From positions 7,254,001 to 7,318,000 of the forward strand of contig JBITNC010000002.1 of the NCBI GenBank assembly GCA_050084985.1: 64,000 nt of DNA. Direction: 5' to 3'. Of this stretch, positions 10,960 to 25,500 are shown in pieces. The notes beneath the pieces were generated by a model, which saw only the letters and a program-made list of their open reading frames with translations, made no database searches and was not told the DNA's origin. The stretch's first letter is position 1. Each line of letters starts with the position of its first letter. Source of the stretch: Nageia nagi. Taxonomy: Eukaryota; Plantae; Pinophyta. The position numbers and the translations under genes are program-made.

Positions 10960-13900
10960 ACTTCACCAACCTAATAGAATCTTTAAGCTTGAAGAACTAG
11001 GCTTTATGAAGGGGCTTGGTGAATAAATCAATAGAGTTTAAGATTGATGGATAATACTACAAGTGTATAAGACCATCCGGAACCTTCTCTTTGATGAAGT
11101 GTGCTTAAATTTCTATGTGCTTTGTTCTCTAATAGAAAACATGTTTCTTTACCAAAGTAATAGCTGATTGATTATTTGAAAAAATTTGAGATGAAAAAAC
11201 TTGCTCATACCCAATTTCTTTCAGAAGATGCCTCAACTAAATGGCTTCCTAGGTTGCATTTGGCATTGCATGATATTCAACTTTTGTGGTGGAGAGAGCA
11301 GAAGTAGGTTACTTCTTGGAAGCCCAAGAGATAACACCTAAACCAATGCTAAATACATAAGTAGAGGTTGATTTTCTATCATCTTTATCTTTTCCATAAT
11401 TAGAGTTTGAGAATCATGAGAGAACAAATGAGAAAAACTTGTCATACTTGAGAGAAAGATCTTTAGTGCCCATAACATACTTCAAAATTTGCTTAACTAT
11501 ATTAAAGTGCTCAACATATGACTTTTGAATAAAATGAGCCATTAAATTCATAGCAAAGGCAATATCTGACTTGTAGATATTCAAATAAATAAATCTACTA
11601 ATTAGTTGCCTATAAGCTATAGTAGCTACCTACTGAGAGTTAGAACTAAAAGATAAAATGATTTCAGGAGAAATTGGAATTGCAACAAGTTTTTATTCAT
11701 CCATTCTAAACTTTTGTAAGATATCTAAGATATAATTGGATTAACTAAGGTAAGTACAATTTTTGTATTGGAATACTTACATACCAAGGTAGTAGTGTAA
11801 TAGACCAAGGTTTGTCATTTCAAAAGTTATCTTGAGTTTGGATATGCACTCTTGGATGAGGATTATATTATTTCTTATAATCAACAGATCATACACATAG
11901 AGAAGAATCAAGATCAAGTCTTATCCTTGGTTGAGCACATAAAGATCAGAGTCAGACAAGCATTTAAAAAATTCAATATCTTCAAAATATCTTAAAATAT
12001 TTTTGTTCCAAGCCTGAGGTGCTTGCTTAAATCCATACAAAGACTTCTTTAACTTGCAAATAAAAGATTTTTTACCTTCCACAACAAATCCTTTTGGTTG
12101 GCTCATGTAGATTTCCACATCTAAATCACCATTGAAAAAAGTACTTTTGACATCAAGTTGAAAATTTTTCTATCCTTGAGCTATTAAAATAGCAAGAATT
12201 ACCCTAAAAATATGCATCTTTGCCACTAGAGTAAAGATTTTCTTATAATCAACTCCATATTTTTTAGCAAAACCCTTAACTATTAACCTTTCTTTGTATT
12301 TTTTAATTTCTCTAACTGAATTATATTTGACCTTGTAAATCCATTTATTACCAATCACATTGCATTTATTTTGGTAAAGAACAAAATCCCAAGTTTGAAT
12401 CTTTATTAGAACGTCATACTCCACATTCATTGCATTCATCTAGCTCTCATGCTTTAAAGCTTCATTGAAGGGTGAGATCTAATTCTTGCTATCAATTTTG
12501 ACAAATAAGAATTTATTAATGATCATACTTATTATTATCCTTTGTTTTGGAGAGTTATATTCGTTAGGTGACATATCCACATTAACATCCATCCAGTTAG
12601 GTGCAACAAAAGAATCATCAGTCTCATTAAAGTTCTCACAAGAAGCAGATTCTTCAAAAATTTCATTGAACTTAACATCTTTTGACTCAAAGATTGCTCT
12701 AGAGGACAGTTGGTATAACCTCTATGTTGATTGTCATAGACCACAAAGATACACTTTTCAAATCTCTTATCTAACTACTTTCTTTTCGCAAGAACAACAA
12801 AGGCATAAACATCACAACTAAAGACCTTCAAGTGAGAGATGTTAGGTTTTTTTCATGTCCATGCTTCATACAAATTTTTATCTTCAACTACTTTCGTAGA
12901 ACACCTGCTTAAGATGTAGATTATAATATTTACAAATGCACCCCATAAGAAGCTAGGAAGATCTTCCAACATACATCTTATCATTTCTTGAATGGTTTTA
13001 TTTTTTCTTTTAGCTACACCATTCTGCTAAGGAGTGTAAGGGATCATAAATTGCCTCTTAATTCTATACTTGATATAATAATTATTGAATTCATTGCTAT
13101 TATACTCTCTTCCATTATCAGATCTCAATATCTTGATTTTAAATCCAGATTGGTTTTCAATCAAGGCTTTGAAATCTTTGAACCTATCAAAGATTTGATC
13201 CTTGTGCTCTAGAAAATAACCAAATATCATCATGTTGAAGTCATCAATAAAGGTCAAGACATTAGATGCCCTATTAAGTGACTTAGTAAAAAATGCACCA
13301 TCAAATCAGAATGCACAAGCTGAAGAGGTTGAATTTCCCTAGTTGCCTTATCTTTTGAAAAAAAAATTCAATTCATTTTACCTAGAATGCACTTCTCACA
13401 AAGATCAATTGTAGGTGATATTGTAGGTAATCCTTCAACAAGATCATGATCTTTCATAACTTGAATGTTCTTATGGTTTAGGTGACCTAATCGATGGTGC
13501 CAAAGATTGCCTCTAGAGCAAACATTAGTTGCGTTGTAGATTGATCCACAATGTAAAGGTAATATTTTATTGATCCTTTTACCAAAGTGGCAAGACCCTT
13601 TTTCATGCACCAAGAGTGTGAGTTAAACTCAAAAGAGTAACCCTTCCTTGTAACCTAAATTATGGAAAGAAGATTCATAGTGAGTTTAGACACATAAAAC
13701 ATATTCTCAAAAATCTTTCTTTGTATCAATACACTCCCAATACCTTGAACTTCAAGCATTGAATTATCACCTATCACAACTGCATCTTTTTTATATTTAT
13801 AAAATTTTTCAAACTTAATTTTTTCAAAACACATGTGATTAGTGTACCCAGAATCAATAATCTAATAATTTAAAAAGGTGTGAGACTTGAAGTGAAAGGT

Positions 13901-14810
13901 AACAACATAAGAAAAAATCTTGTTCTTCTTATTATTAGATTTGCTTGATTTTTCATATCCTTTTTCATCTTGATCTTTCTTTCTCTTGAAACAATCAACT
14001 TTCTTATGACTACAGATGTCACATAAATTACAATTTTCATCAAATTTGGCTTTGTTTTTTTTTACTTATTATGATTATAATTCTTCTTATTTCTATCTTT
14101 CTTGAAGTTCTTCTTAGGAGCATGAGAACTCTTCTTTTGGTTATGACTCTTCTTTTTGAAGTGAGGTTTCATTGATCCTAGAGCCACAAAAGGTTCCTTA
14201 GGAGTGGTGATCAACACTTTATTGTTAAGTATTTTCTTATGTTTCGAGAGAATCCTTAATAGATTATTCAAGTAGAACACTGCTTTTTCATTATCAAGCC
14301 TAGTTTCAATAACAGTCACAAAGTGTCTAAATTTAGTAAAGAGGCTTTGAAAGATGATGAAAGTTAAAAACTCATCGTTGATCTAATTGTAACCACATCC
14401 CATAAGGTGGGTCCTAAGGTCAATAACCTTATTTAGATATATTAACACACTTTCATTTTCCTTTTGATGTGATTGCAATAACTTCTAAAGAATGATGAAC
14501 CTTTTAGAGAATTTTATGCCAAGGTAGATACTCTTCTATTTATCTCAAGCTTGCTTTGTAAAGTTTGAAGAAGATATCACGAAGAAGATTTTATCTTAAA
14601 TAACACAAAAGATCATAGAGGTTGTTAAATCATTTTTTGTATTATAAGCTTCAAGTTCCTTCTCCCTGATGAAGTAATTTGATTTTCACTAACAATCATT
14701 CAAAATTTTCATGTTTGAAATTTTGCTTTCATCTTAGGTTCTCAAATACCATAGCTGGAACCATATAAGATATGCTTGGGTGCAAAAGAGTCTCCTATTG
14801 CTACAAAATA
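10960..14810 (-). pseudogene. copia gag-pol polyprotein remnant (many stops and frameshifts)
   Basis: ORF-track fragments 11921-12118, 12170-12439 (RT), 13027-13257 (integrase), 13368-13613 (GAG-pre-integrase) and 14062-14319. Confidence 0.9.
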
Positions 14811-16094
14811 ATATGAAAGAGATAAACAATGTAAGCATATATGTTAAATTTAAAATATTAATCATACAAATACATGTTTGAACTAATTAACAAATCAAAT
14901 ACTTAAATTGTTAACAAAAATTATAAACATACATCCAACATTTTCATCATAAAATTTAATCGTAGGGAGGGAAGAGTTTAGGCTTAATTTGTTATCTAAA
15001 ATCAAGCCTTCACTTGAAAGTTCGTAAGGAACTTAGGTCCTACCAATCCTCAACCAGTTTGCTTTGAGCAATAATATAGTCTCACAAGGAGAAGTACTAG
15101 CTATTTTTTAAGGTTATGACGTATGTTGGATTGACCAAATTAATTATCTTGATTAAATTTATAATTTGTCTCCTATATTATCAAGATAATCCTTGAATGG
15201 ATGAATAGACATGTGGTATCACTACACACATGCTTATCCACCTATATGGAGTTAAATCTCGACCAACAAAGGACTTAGGGGTAATTACAAAGTACAAACT
15301 TTTCACCACTTGGATCGTCAGATTAAAAGGATCCAGTCTGCTTTATCCTCACCTCGTGGCTCCCTAAATAAGTCATTTTATGGAATAAACATGTAGATGT
15401 ATTCATTTTAGGGGAAGCATTTTCAATGTTTACATACTTTATAAATAACGTAAATATGTAAAACAAATAAAGTGCTCAAAAAAAAAAAAAACTACATCCA
15501 ACATCATCCATAAGTACGAGTAAAAAGTCTAATGAATTTTGTGACAATCCCTAATGGATCTTTTTACAAAGGTTCATTAATTTTAAGTAACAACAAATGA
15601 GCCTAAGAGTCCAATGGATTTTGTTACAACCCCTAATAGATCTCTACACAAAGGTTCCTTATAAAAAATGATGAATTCTCCCCCTTGTTATTTAAAAATT
15701 GGAATTAAAAAATAATTTATTATCAAAAAATTCATAGGCCAAAAAAATGTTTAAGAGAGCTTTTATCCATCCACATGTATTAGGATAAAATTTTAAACTA
15801 TGCATTTAAAATTTTTTATCCATCCACATGTGTGCAAGATAACAATAATCATGTATTTAAGACAAAACATTTAATCCATACATTTATAAAATATCCTAAG
15901 TAAATAATTTTTTCCTTTTTATCTTAAATGCATGATTAATAAAGTCCCTTATTATAATTTGCACTTAAGTAAAACTATAATTTAGCAAATAAATAAATAT
16001 TAACCTTAAAAAAATATCCATAATGAATTAAAAAAAATTAACCTAAAAAAAATGTTAGACTTTAAATGATAATTAATGCAACCTTTAGCTTATG

Positions 16095-16214
<120 letters not shown>

Positions 16215-16655
16215 CTCTTTAAAAAATGCATGCACGTAATATAAAGCTCTCTAAAAAATGCATGCATTTATTTTTTATTTTTAAAAAATGCATGCATGTA
16301 ATATAAAGCTCTTTAAGAAATACATGCATGTAATATAAAGCTCTCTAAAAAAATGCATGCATGTAATATAAAACTCTCTAAGAAATGCATGAATGTAATA
16401 TAAAGCTCTTTAAAAAATGCATGCATGTAATATAAAGCTCTTTAAAAAATGTATGCATGTAATATAAAGCTCTATAAAAATTGCATGCATGTAATATAAA
16501 GCTCTCTAAAAATATGCATGAATGTATTTTTTATTTTTTTTTTAAATGCATGCATGTAATATATTTTAAAAAATGCATGTAATATAAAACTCTCTAAAAA
16601 TGCATGCATGTATTTTTTATTTTAAAGCTCTCTAAAAAATGCATGCATGTAATTT
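16215..16655. repeat. 32-bp minisatellite, consensus CTCTCTAAAAAATGCATGCATGTAATATAAAG, about 14 degenerate units
   Basis: Directly visible tandem units, most containing (T)GCATGCATG. Confidence 0.92.
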
Positions 16656-18415
16656 ACATGCAATTTTATTTTTACAAACATATTAGTATTGTAAAAAAAA
16701 TTGCAATATTTTAAACCATATTTACATTAAGTATAAACTTGCAAATTTAAGCTATACTAACACATTATTGCTATATTTAAGCAAATTTACACAAAATTTG
16801 CAATTAACATATTATTGCTACATATTAAACAATTTTACTTAAAAAAATTGCAACTAACAAACTATTGTTAGTAAAAAATCATGCATAGCAATAGTATAAA
16901 AATTGAACTAACATGTTAGTATAACAAATTAACAATGATATATTATCTACTTTGAACAAATTTTGCTAAAAAGATTTTATAATCAAAGAACTAAAATTGT
17001 CAGTAATATAAGCAAAATTTGACAAAGAACATGGTATGAAGAAGATTATACTTTCAAGTCTTTTTTTACCTCAACAAAGTAGATGGAGAAAGAAGAGGAA
17101 TGGACCTTCAAGGATGTTGGAGAGAAGCCTCCAAGAATGACTATGATACCTCTTGATAAAATTAACCCTTTATGAATTAACTTATAATCTACCAAGATCT
17201 CAATAAGACATTCACAACATTATCACAATAACACAAACCAATCTCACAATGAAGACAAGATATAAATTGGTTCCTCTCTCGTTGGAAGTACATCCACTAA
17301 TTAAGATCTTATTCTTAAGGACTTATCTTAAAGAATCTCTCCTCTCTTTAAACCCTAAACCTATAACAAAACTTGCTTTCAAGTTGTACAATATGAGAAA
17401 AAGGGGTACCTCTTTATTTATAAGAAGAAACTCACTCTTTAACCTCTCTTTAACTCAAGGATAAGGTTAAATATATTTATATATTTAATTTTTTTCCTAT
17501 TTTTATTCCCTTAATACTTTAAGGTTTCTAAAGATACTTTAAACATTAAGTGAATTTACATTAAAGAGAAATATTACATTACAAATTCTAACAAAATCAT
17601 ATTATAACATCAAAGAATATAGTACAATGTACAAAGACTATATTATAATTTAATTTAAACATAATACAACTTTACATCTACATATAAATAATCAACTATA
17701 AAAATATTTATTTTTCATATACAATAAACAATTACTTTTTATATCATTTAGTAGTTATTTATGTTTGATACTTCAAATCTATTAAGATTATATTTAGAAT
17801 TAATATAATTTTGATAATTAGATGAATTTTATATGAACACTAACAAGACTAAAAGAAGTTATGCATTACTAAAAAAACAAGTTCATAATTTATTGTTAGG
17901 TTGAAAACTATTTACATTTACCTTAGATGCTATATCATCACTCAAGACTAACATCTAACCTTGTCTACATCTACTTTAAAATCGTGGTTGGATTACGAAG
18001 ACCAAGAATGCATCACATTTTATTCAAATAAAAAGTGATCATAGATAGGTCTTACAACACAACAAGTACCAAATTAATCACATTCTATTTTCAATAATAG
18101 CAAGCTACGAATTAGAAGCATCCCATGAACCTTGAAGACTTTGAAAGGATTACCCATCGACTTATTCCTCCTAAACCTATTAGGGTTACTTCCTTTAGTT
18201 GTCACATAGGAAGTTTCTCTTCAACATCAAATGTTGATGAAGCCTCTTAACTCTTCATAAATTAGCTTTCTACCTAACTCAAACCTATTGTATGTTGACT
18301 TTTTTTTTTCAATTTTACTTGTACACATCAATATTATACTAAACACTCCCTTATTCTTATTATATATATTTTTATATAATTCTATCGACCATTTTTGATC
18401 ACTTGTAAATATTAA

Positions 18416-18594
18416 TGTGAGTTTATATTAGATATTGAAGGTTAAGTTGGAAGTAAGTAACTTTAAATCTTTTAGCTTTTAAAGAATATAATTATAAATT
18501 ATATTCTTTAAAAGCTAAAAGATTTAAAGTTAAAAACTTAAACCTCCACCTACTTACTTCCAACTTAACCTTCAATATCTAATATAAACTCACA
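18416..18594. repeat. Near-perfect long inverted repeat upstream of the WD40 gene
   Basis: Outer arms 18416-18459 and 18551-18594, and inner arms 18459-18493 and 18497-18531, are perfect reverse complements. The loop is 3 nt and there is a one-sided ~19-nt bulge. Confidence 0.95.
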
Positions 18595-19147
18595 ACTACA
18601 AAATTTTTAAACATTATCTAAAGCTTCTACAAATTGAATAGATTGACATTTAGTATAAAGTTGAAACAAAACTAAATTTAAAGCCGAGAGGGTCCACTTG
18701 TAATTTGGACTCTTAAATTCTAACCGATTCTCTTAACTTGGAGAGACCCCTAAAGTCAAACGGAATAATGTCATAAGGATTCTTCAATATTTTCTTGCTA
18801 TAACCAACCTCTCAAAAATACATGCCTGTACCAAACCCTTATAAATTCTCCCTGCATGCTACAAATTCTTCAAATTTCTACTTCAAATCCATGCGAACTG
18901 GTTGAAAGCTTGACGAAGTCCTGTCCGGTTGTTCACAATTTTTGTAAGAATTTGTTTCCGCACACAAATCGATGCATTTTCGAAAATTGTGGGGCGTAAA
19001 TGATGTGAAAACTTGGTGTTGAAAAATTTGAGGTTTGATTTGGATGAAAACGAAGTTTGGGGCAAATTAAGGAGAAATCAATTAAAATCTATGAAGTATT
19101 TGACCTAGTGGTTGTTCTGCATGCTTGGACGGCAATATTGGATGTTT

Positions 19148-19230
19148 TAGGGTTTTGAGGATGAGTTTTAGGCGATATTTCCAGGTTTCCGTGGATCCAT
19201 TCGGAGGCGTTGTTGGAGTGTATAGGGTTT
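19148..19230 (+). promoter_or_regulatory. Two telo-box motifs (TAGGGTTT) in the CpG-richer presumptive promoter/5'UTR
   Basis: TAGGGTTT at 19148-19155 and 19223-19230, 200-280 bp before the ATG; function is inferred only. Confidence 0.35.
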
Positions 19231-19425
19231 AGTTGATCGATTTTAAGGCAAACATTGGATTTTCGAGGGTTTCATGGATATATTTAGAAGCAAATTTTGT
19301 AGTTTTAAGGGTTTGTGAATCTGTTTGAAAGCCATTTAAAGTTTTTGTCGTTGAGAATTGGATAGATATATACAAATGCTATGTACTTCGATTGTGCGGA
19401 AGTGGACAGAGAATTTATTCTTTGA

Positions 19426-19569
19426 ATGAGCAGAATGGCAACAACGAATGCTCAATCGCCCGGGCTGAAGACTTATTTTAAAACCCCCGAAGGTCGTTAT
19501 AAGCTATTTTATGAAAAGACTCACCCTACCGGGCTTCTTCACTACAGCCATGGAAAGGCTGTCACTCAG
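19426..19569 (+). CDS. WDR20: WDR20/CreC-like exon 1 (MSRMATT...KAVTQ)
   Basis: ATG (or the in-frame ATG at 19435) to donor CAG|GTATTG; phase 0. Confidence 0.9.
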
Positions 19570-22500
19570 GTATTGCTCTGCTTTAATGGTTGTGTTATAG
19601 ATCAATTTTTGGTTTTGTAAAATCCCTTGCGTTTCTATTAGGGATTAATTGGAATGCTAGATGCTCTTATTGGTTTAGATCTCCATAAGAGTGAGTTTTC
19701 TTGCATATATAATGAATGAATTCGATTGTGTATATAATGATAACTTAGGGGAAGAGGAGTTGTTTTTCATTGAAGTCAACCTATGTTGCATGGTTAGTGG
19801 TTTGTGGAAGCCAATTTGCACAATTGATGTGGTTGAGGTTGATCATGTGCCGAGATTGATCCCCACATAAATGAATGAATTTTCACTATACGTGCGGTTT
19901 AGGTTGCCATTGATATGGTTGAGGTTGATCATGTGCGTGAATGAGGCCATGCATAAACAGACAAATTTGCACCATTGATGTGATGGACATCGAACAATAC
20001 GTGAATGAGGAAATTTGCACCATTGATGTGATAGAGATTGAACAAAATGTGAATGAGGATTTGCACCATGGATGCAATTGAAGTTATTCAATAGACTTGA
20101 TTTTTCTCAAACTTGAATGAATGAATTTGTATCATTGATATAATTCAGTGTGATCTCAGAACATAACCCAGTTGCTATTGAATTTTTTTGCAGCCAAGTC
20201 TGCCTATAAATTCCTTTTCTTGGATTCTACCTAAAAGTACCGGGACGAGTTTTTCAGCAGGTGCCCTAGCTTTTGAGCCCCTTCAATCTGAAGCTTGAAC
20301 CTAGCCCTCGACCTAAATGCTATCACAGTAATTTAACTTTCACACACCATAACTTAATGTTGAAATCTGATGTATCTGATTCTTGGTTCATACACCAAGT
20401 GGTGCCATTGATGGGGTTGCTTAAAACCTCTCACCATATTCTGCCAAACACATTTGGAGTTGTGTTTAGGATAATGGGCCCATTAAAGTATTCCATCTTA
20501 GAAGTATCACTTATAACTATAGTAGGAAATTATATGAAACCAAATGCTTACTCCAAATTTTTAAGCAGGTACTATAACTTTTCAATCACCTTCTGATCTT
20601 GTAAAATTTTTGTAGTTTGCACCATTTTTGTGGCAGAGATAGATCCTTTTCATGATTACACCACAATTGATGAGTGAATTATCATCATTAATATTTGTCC
20701 ACCTCCAAGTCATTATTGCCTTGACCTAAATACTAAAGGTGTAATTTAACTTTTATAGATTGTAACCCTAAATTCTGCAGTTTGGTGTATCCAATCTTTG
20801 GTTCATTCAAAATGTCTTCAGCAGGTGATGAAAAATTTTGGATTATTATTTTTTATTTCAGGAAAGTGGTTACTTGAAATTCGTAATTTCCATTCCACCA
20901 CATTTGTACTGGAGCTTTTGTCTAGAATTATCTGCTAATTTTTAGGAGGAAGATGCCTGAGTATTACATCCAGAGACATACAATTATCTGCATAAAAATT
21001 AACCAGGCATTATAGCATTTGACCCTACTACTCCTAAAACTGCAGAAAAAATCTCTACTTCTGATGACTTTTGAGGGAAAGATCCACTTCTTTTAGTTTC
21101 TACAATGATTACGTTGATGAGTCTGCTTGAAATACAAAGTTTTGAATACTATCCTTGGCTCTGCCCTAGCTTGGTGTTGGACAAATTGGATCATTTTTTG
21201 TCTCCTGCATGTTAATAACTAAACTGTTATTAACTTATTTCTATTAGCCATGCATGTGGAATAGAAAAAATGAGGTGAACATGATACATAGTTATCAATT
21301 GAATATTCTTTTGTTTGCAGGCAACAATTGCTCATTTGAAGGAAAAGTCAGTTTCACAGCCTTTACCAGCAGTGAGCTCAAGCAGCATTACTGGTGTGAG
21401 ATTAGCTCAAAAGCTTTTAGGGGGTGGTAATGGAAGCCGGACATTAAGCTTTGGAGGGGGAAATGGAACAAGTAAAACTGTTACAGGAAGCAAGACCGGT
21501 TCTTCTACACATGGTGCCTTGTCGACAACGAATGGGCCTACAACTTCAAATTATGATGGGGAAGGCACATATCTAATTTTTAATGTGGGGGATACACTTT
21601 TTATTAGTGATTTCAATTCACATGACAAGGTAAATTACATGTTCTATAAACCAGTTTTTAATGTTTGTTAAAGATCTTTGTAATATGTCATAAAAGTCTA
21701 AAAGGTAGTTATCTGAATTTTATGGTTTGTTATTTTCTCAGGATCCTATCAAAGCAATTCATTTTAGCAGCTCAAATCCGATTTGTCATGCCTTTTACCC
21801 TGATGCTAAGGAGGGCCATGACCTTATAATTGGACTGAACTCTGGAGATGGTGAGATTTGGACTTAATATACAGTTCAGCTTATTCTTTTAGTTTGTTTG
21901 AGAATTTTTTGCCCTTTATACTAGTTGAATCTTGTAATTCAGTTGCATTATTTTATTTTTTATTTTTATGTGATTGCAGTATACTCAGTGTCATTGCGGC
22001 AGCAGTTACAAGACCCTGGAAAGAAGCTCGTAGGAAACCAGCATTACAATAAAGATGGGGCTTTGAACAGCAGGTGTGGTTTCCTTTGTTAAGATATCTC
22101 CTATTTTGACTAAACATTTTTAGTTTAGAAGCTTTTTTTCAAAGCCATAATCATATTTGTAATTGAATTAGGTGCAAACATGATAGAGACTCAAATATTA
22201 ACAAATATATATATATATATATATTTTATATTTTTTCTGCAATTTCTAACCTGTACCTTCGCCCATTGGCACATTTGAATGCCAATGACAAGCTTAATAT
22301 AGAATTGGTAGAAGAAGAATGCCTGTGGCATGTTCAAATTATAATAGATATAAGAACCAATAAGTGTTTAACTTTTATAGTGAGTGTACTTAGTTTATTT
22401 CCACTGCAGCATAACATTGAAAATATTTAATAGGGCATACATAATATGAATCTTAAATGTTCAATTTGTTAAAACACCAATGTCATGAGCTCTGGAGATA

Positions 22501-25500
22501 GCGAAAGTAGAATTCCTTCTGACATGATACAAACTTGAAGATAGAAGCTGCAAGGAACCAACAGCTTCTTTTTAATCACATTTGACAGAAATTCACATCG
22601 GAATTTTGAAAAATAAGTCCTTAGAATATTTGAGAGCAGCATAAGTTATAACTACATTGAACCGACAGGAGTTAGTTAAATCATTGTTGTTTGCTCCTAC
22701 CAGAGTTAACTTGCATACCTGCTATCTTATTTTATGCATTCAAAGAATGTTTTTTCGAGACTATACTATTATATGTTGTAAAATCTATTTCTCACTGTTA
22801 TCAGTTTTGTTATCATTCATTTTGGATTTCTACCCAGCTTCAGCCAAGTAGACCTGCATTATTGTGGTCAAGCATAACCAGTGAAGTTTGATTCTGTATG
22901 TTATCATGGTTACTCCTCTGTTTTATAGATTCATTGTGGCAGCTGCATTCCCTTTTGTATCACAAACTACCTAGATGAATGGCTAATATCAGACTGTAAA
23001 AATCTGAGATGATATTTCTAGAGAATGCTTGTTGTATATATTTTCCTAGAATGTCTGTAAATGGATTTTGAATATTGAAAAAGATATGTTCTCTAGTCAT
23101 TGTTTTTTTTATCAAATAGTGTGAATGACTTAACTTCAAACTTTAGATCAGTACAGTACATTACTGTAGTCTGTTTCTTTGTTGCATATTAGTTATTTCA
23201 AACCCTTAATAATACTTATTATATTTCCATATGAAAATTTGGTTTATAAAATCAATCATACCTATGTTGCTCTGTAACTCATTTTGGAATCTGAAGTGGT
23301 TTGGGAACTGTAAATGTCAAGGAACTTGTTAAAATGTTTTCTAGATGGTTTAAAAATTGAAATCTAGTGTAGAAATTCGGCATTCTTTCACATAAGACTG
23401 AAGTACATGCTCTCTTGACATATTTAGAATAAGTGCTAGGAAAAGTAACACTAAACATGACAACAGCATTAACAAACCAGAGCAGCGAAGTGGATTAAAG
23501 CAACATTTTATAGGGAACTCCAAAATAACACTTCATTGTCTACACTCTATAACTATTAAGAAGGATTTTATGATGATGGAGAATGCTCAACGGGAATGAC
23601 ACTTAGATTAGGATGGGATCTGACAAGAAATGATTGCCGCAACGATGATTCATGTGGTTTTTATTCATGGTTATGTGAGGTTGATGGACATGAGAAATAA
23701 AGTTGAAAGGTAGGCGTACATTAATAACCTATAGATTGGCCAGAGAATTTGGGAGTCAATGTACAGAGAATTGGGAGTCAATGCTTTGGACCTACAAATG
23801 CCTTGCAACCACCCGGAGGACATTATCTCAATGAGTGGATAGTTTATGTTGGTAACATACTAAAATATACATTTCTGAAGTTTTACAACCAAATGAAATA
23901 ATCAAACATCAATAAATGGAGCCACAACAAGCAATGAACCAGCAACAATGGAGTATGACTTAGTTCTATATTCACTTTGGAAGCATAACATTACAACCAA
24001 TGTATGAACTCACAAGAATAAGAAAGAATTCTCAACTATATCCAGTTCCAGAACAACCTAAAAAAATACCAACATCATAATAGAACTACACAGTCCGGAG
24101 TGAAGAATCAATCTGGAAGATGAAATGGAACACTCTATACCTATAGTTACTCAAACTGAAAAATAAAATAATGCCTTAGAAGAACGAATGGCTATGATGC
24201 CCTGAAATCAGTCAAAGTATGGCATGGACACCGTGCACCTCAGGGAATATTGCAACAATTCCAACATCCAGAATTATTTTTGTTCCATTCTTGGGGTGTT
24301 ATTTCACATGAAATGTTGTTTCAAGAAGTCTGAGATTTTTATTTTGATGAAAATCATATAAATTGCAGTGCATGTGAAAATTCTTGATTTTTGATCTCTT
24401 TGAGAGGCATAGCAATTGTACCACAAAACAAAAAATGCTTTATAAAAGATACTTTCCTTATGCAGTGTATTTGAAGGATGAGATTGTCAGTATCTAACAT
24501 AACAATGTGTAAAATGATAGGGACTGTGAAGCTAGTTTTGTTTTTCAAGTCAACATTGCAAGAAGCTGGGCTGGCATATAGCATATGTAAAATACCACCA
24601 TATGTGGGTCGGGGTGTATGAAAGTAACCATTTTCAACACAATATTTATAGATCACCATCATAGTGCTTGCACATAGGCAGTTTACCCTGTGTTACCTCA
24701 GGGTTGGCTTATTAGAAATACCAATTTAACATTATTTATCTTTGAAGCATTTTAAAGTGCATTTTCCTAAAATTTATTTTAATATTGTTTCATCCTTTTT
24801 TGAATTTTATATATGATGCTCAGGTACCTTGGAATTGATGCTCCAATTATTTATAATGAAATAATCCTTGTAATCTTCAGTTTTTTGTTCATTTATTCCA
24901 CTCGATCTATAAGGGATAACTGCATATGCCATATGAATTTAATATAGAAGTATCTCCCAGCTTTTTATTGATGAAAATGCTTCTTCATGGCATATACCTT
25001 GGAAATAATGATCCAATTATTTGCAATCAAATGATGCTTATAGTCTTCATTTTTTTGCACATTGTGCATTAGGCAATAGACATAGTCTGACTTCAGGAAG
25101 CCTACAATGTTGAGCTCTTTAAGCAGTCCATGTCATCCTCACATGGCTTCCAAGCCTTCATCTTAGTTTGAGTTTGTCATTGTTATTATTTGCCATGCTA
25201 AACAAAATTTCACGTACAGATGAATCTCTCTTAACAAATGGACAATTTTTTGTTCTGTGGCTATGTCATCAGTTTTGTCAACTTGAACTTTTGTTAAGTC
25301 CCTCTTCAGTGATACAACTCTCAGAGCAATCTTGTGAGTTAATAATTTGATTTCATGTTGTGATTATGTCTTCATAAGGGCCAGGGACATGTCGTGCATG
25401 CAGATCTGTTTGTGCACATTTTAGCTTGTACCACATGTCCTTGATCTAAATGTGTTGCCAGTGTCCATCAACAAAGCTTAAAACTGACTTAGGCATATTT

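Noticed and set aside
21061-21080. Hammerhead ribozyme core (CTGATGA...GAAA)
   Set aside because: Stem II is only 3 weak pairs without the canonical closing pair, and no stems I/III or cleavage triplet could be built.
23400-24300. Possible Penelope-like or viral coding remnant in intron 4
   Set aside because: The composition looks coding-derived, but no RT, GIY-YIG or viral motif could be recognised by eye.
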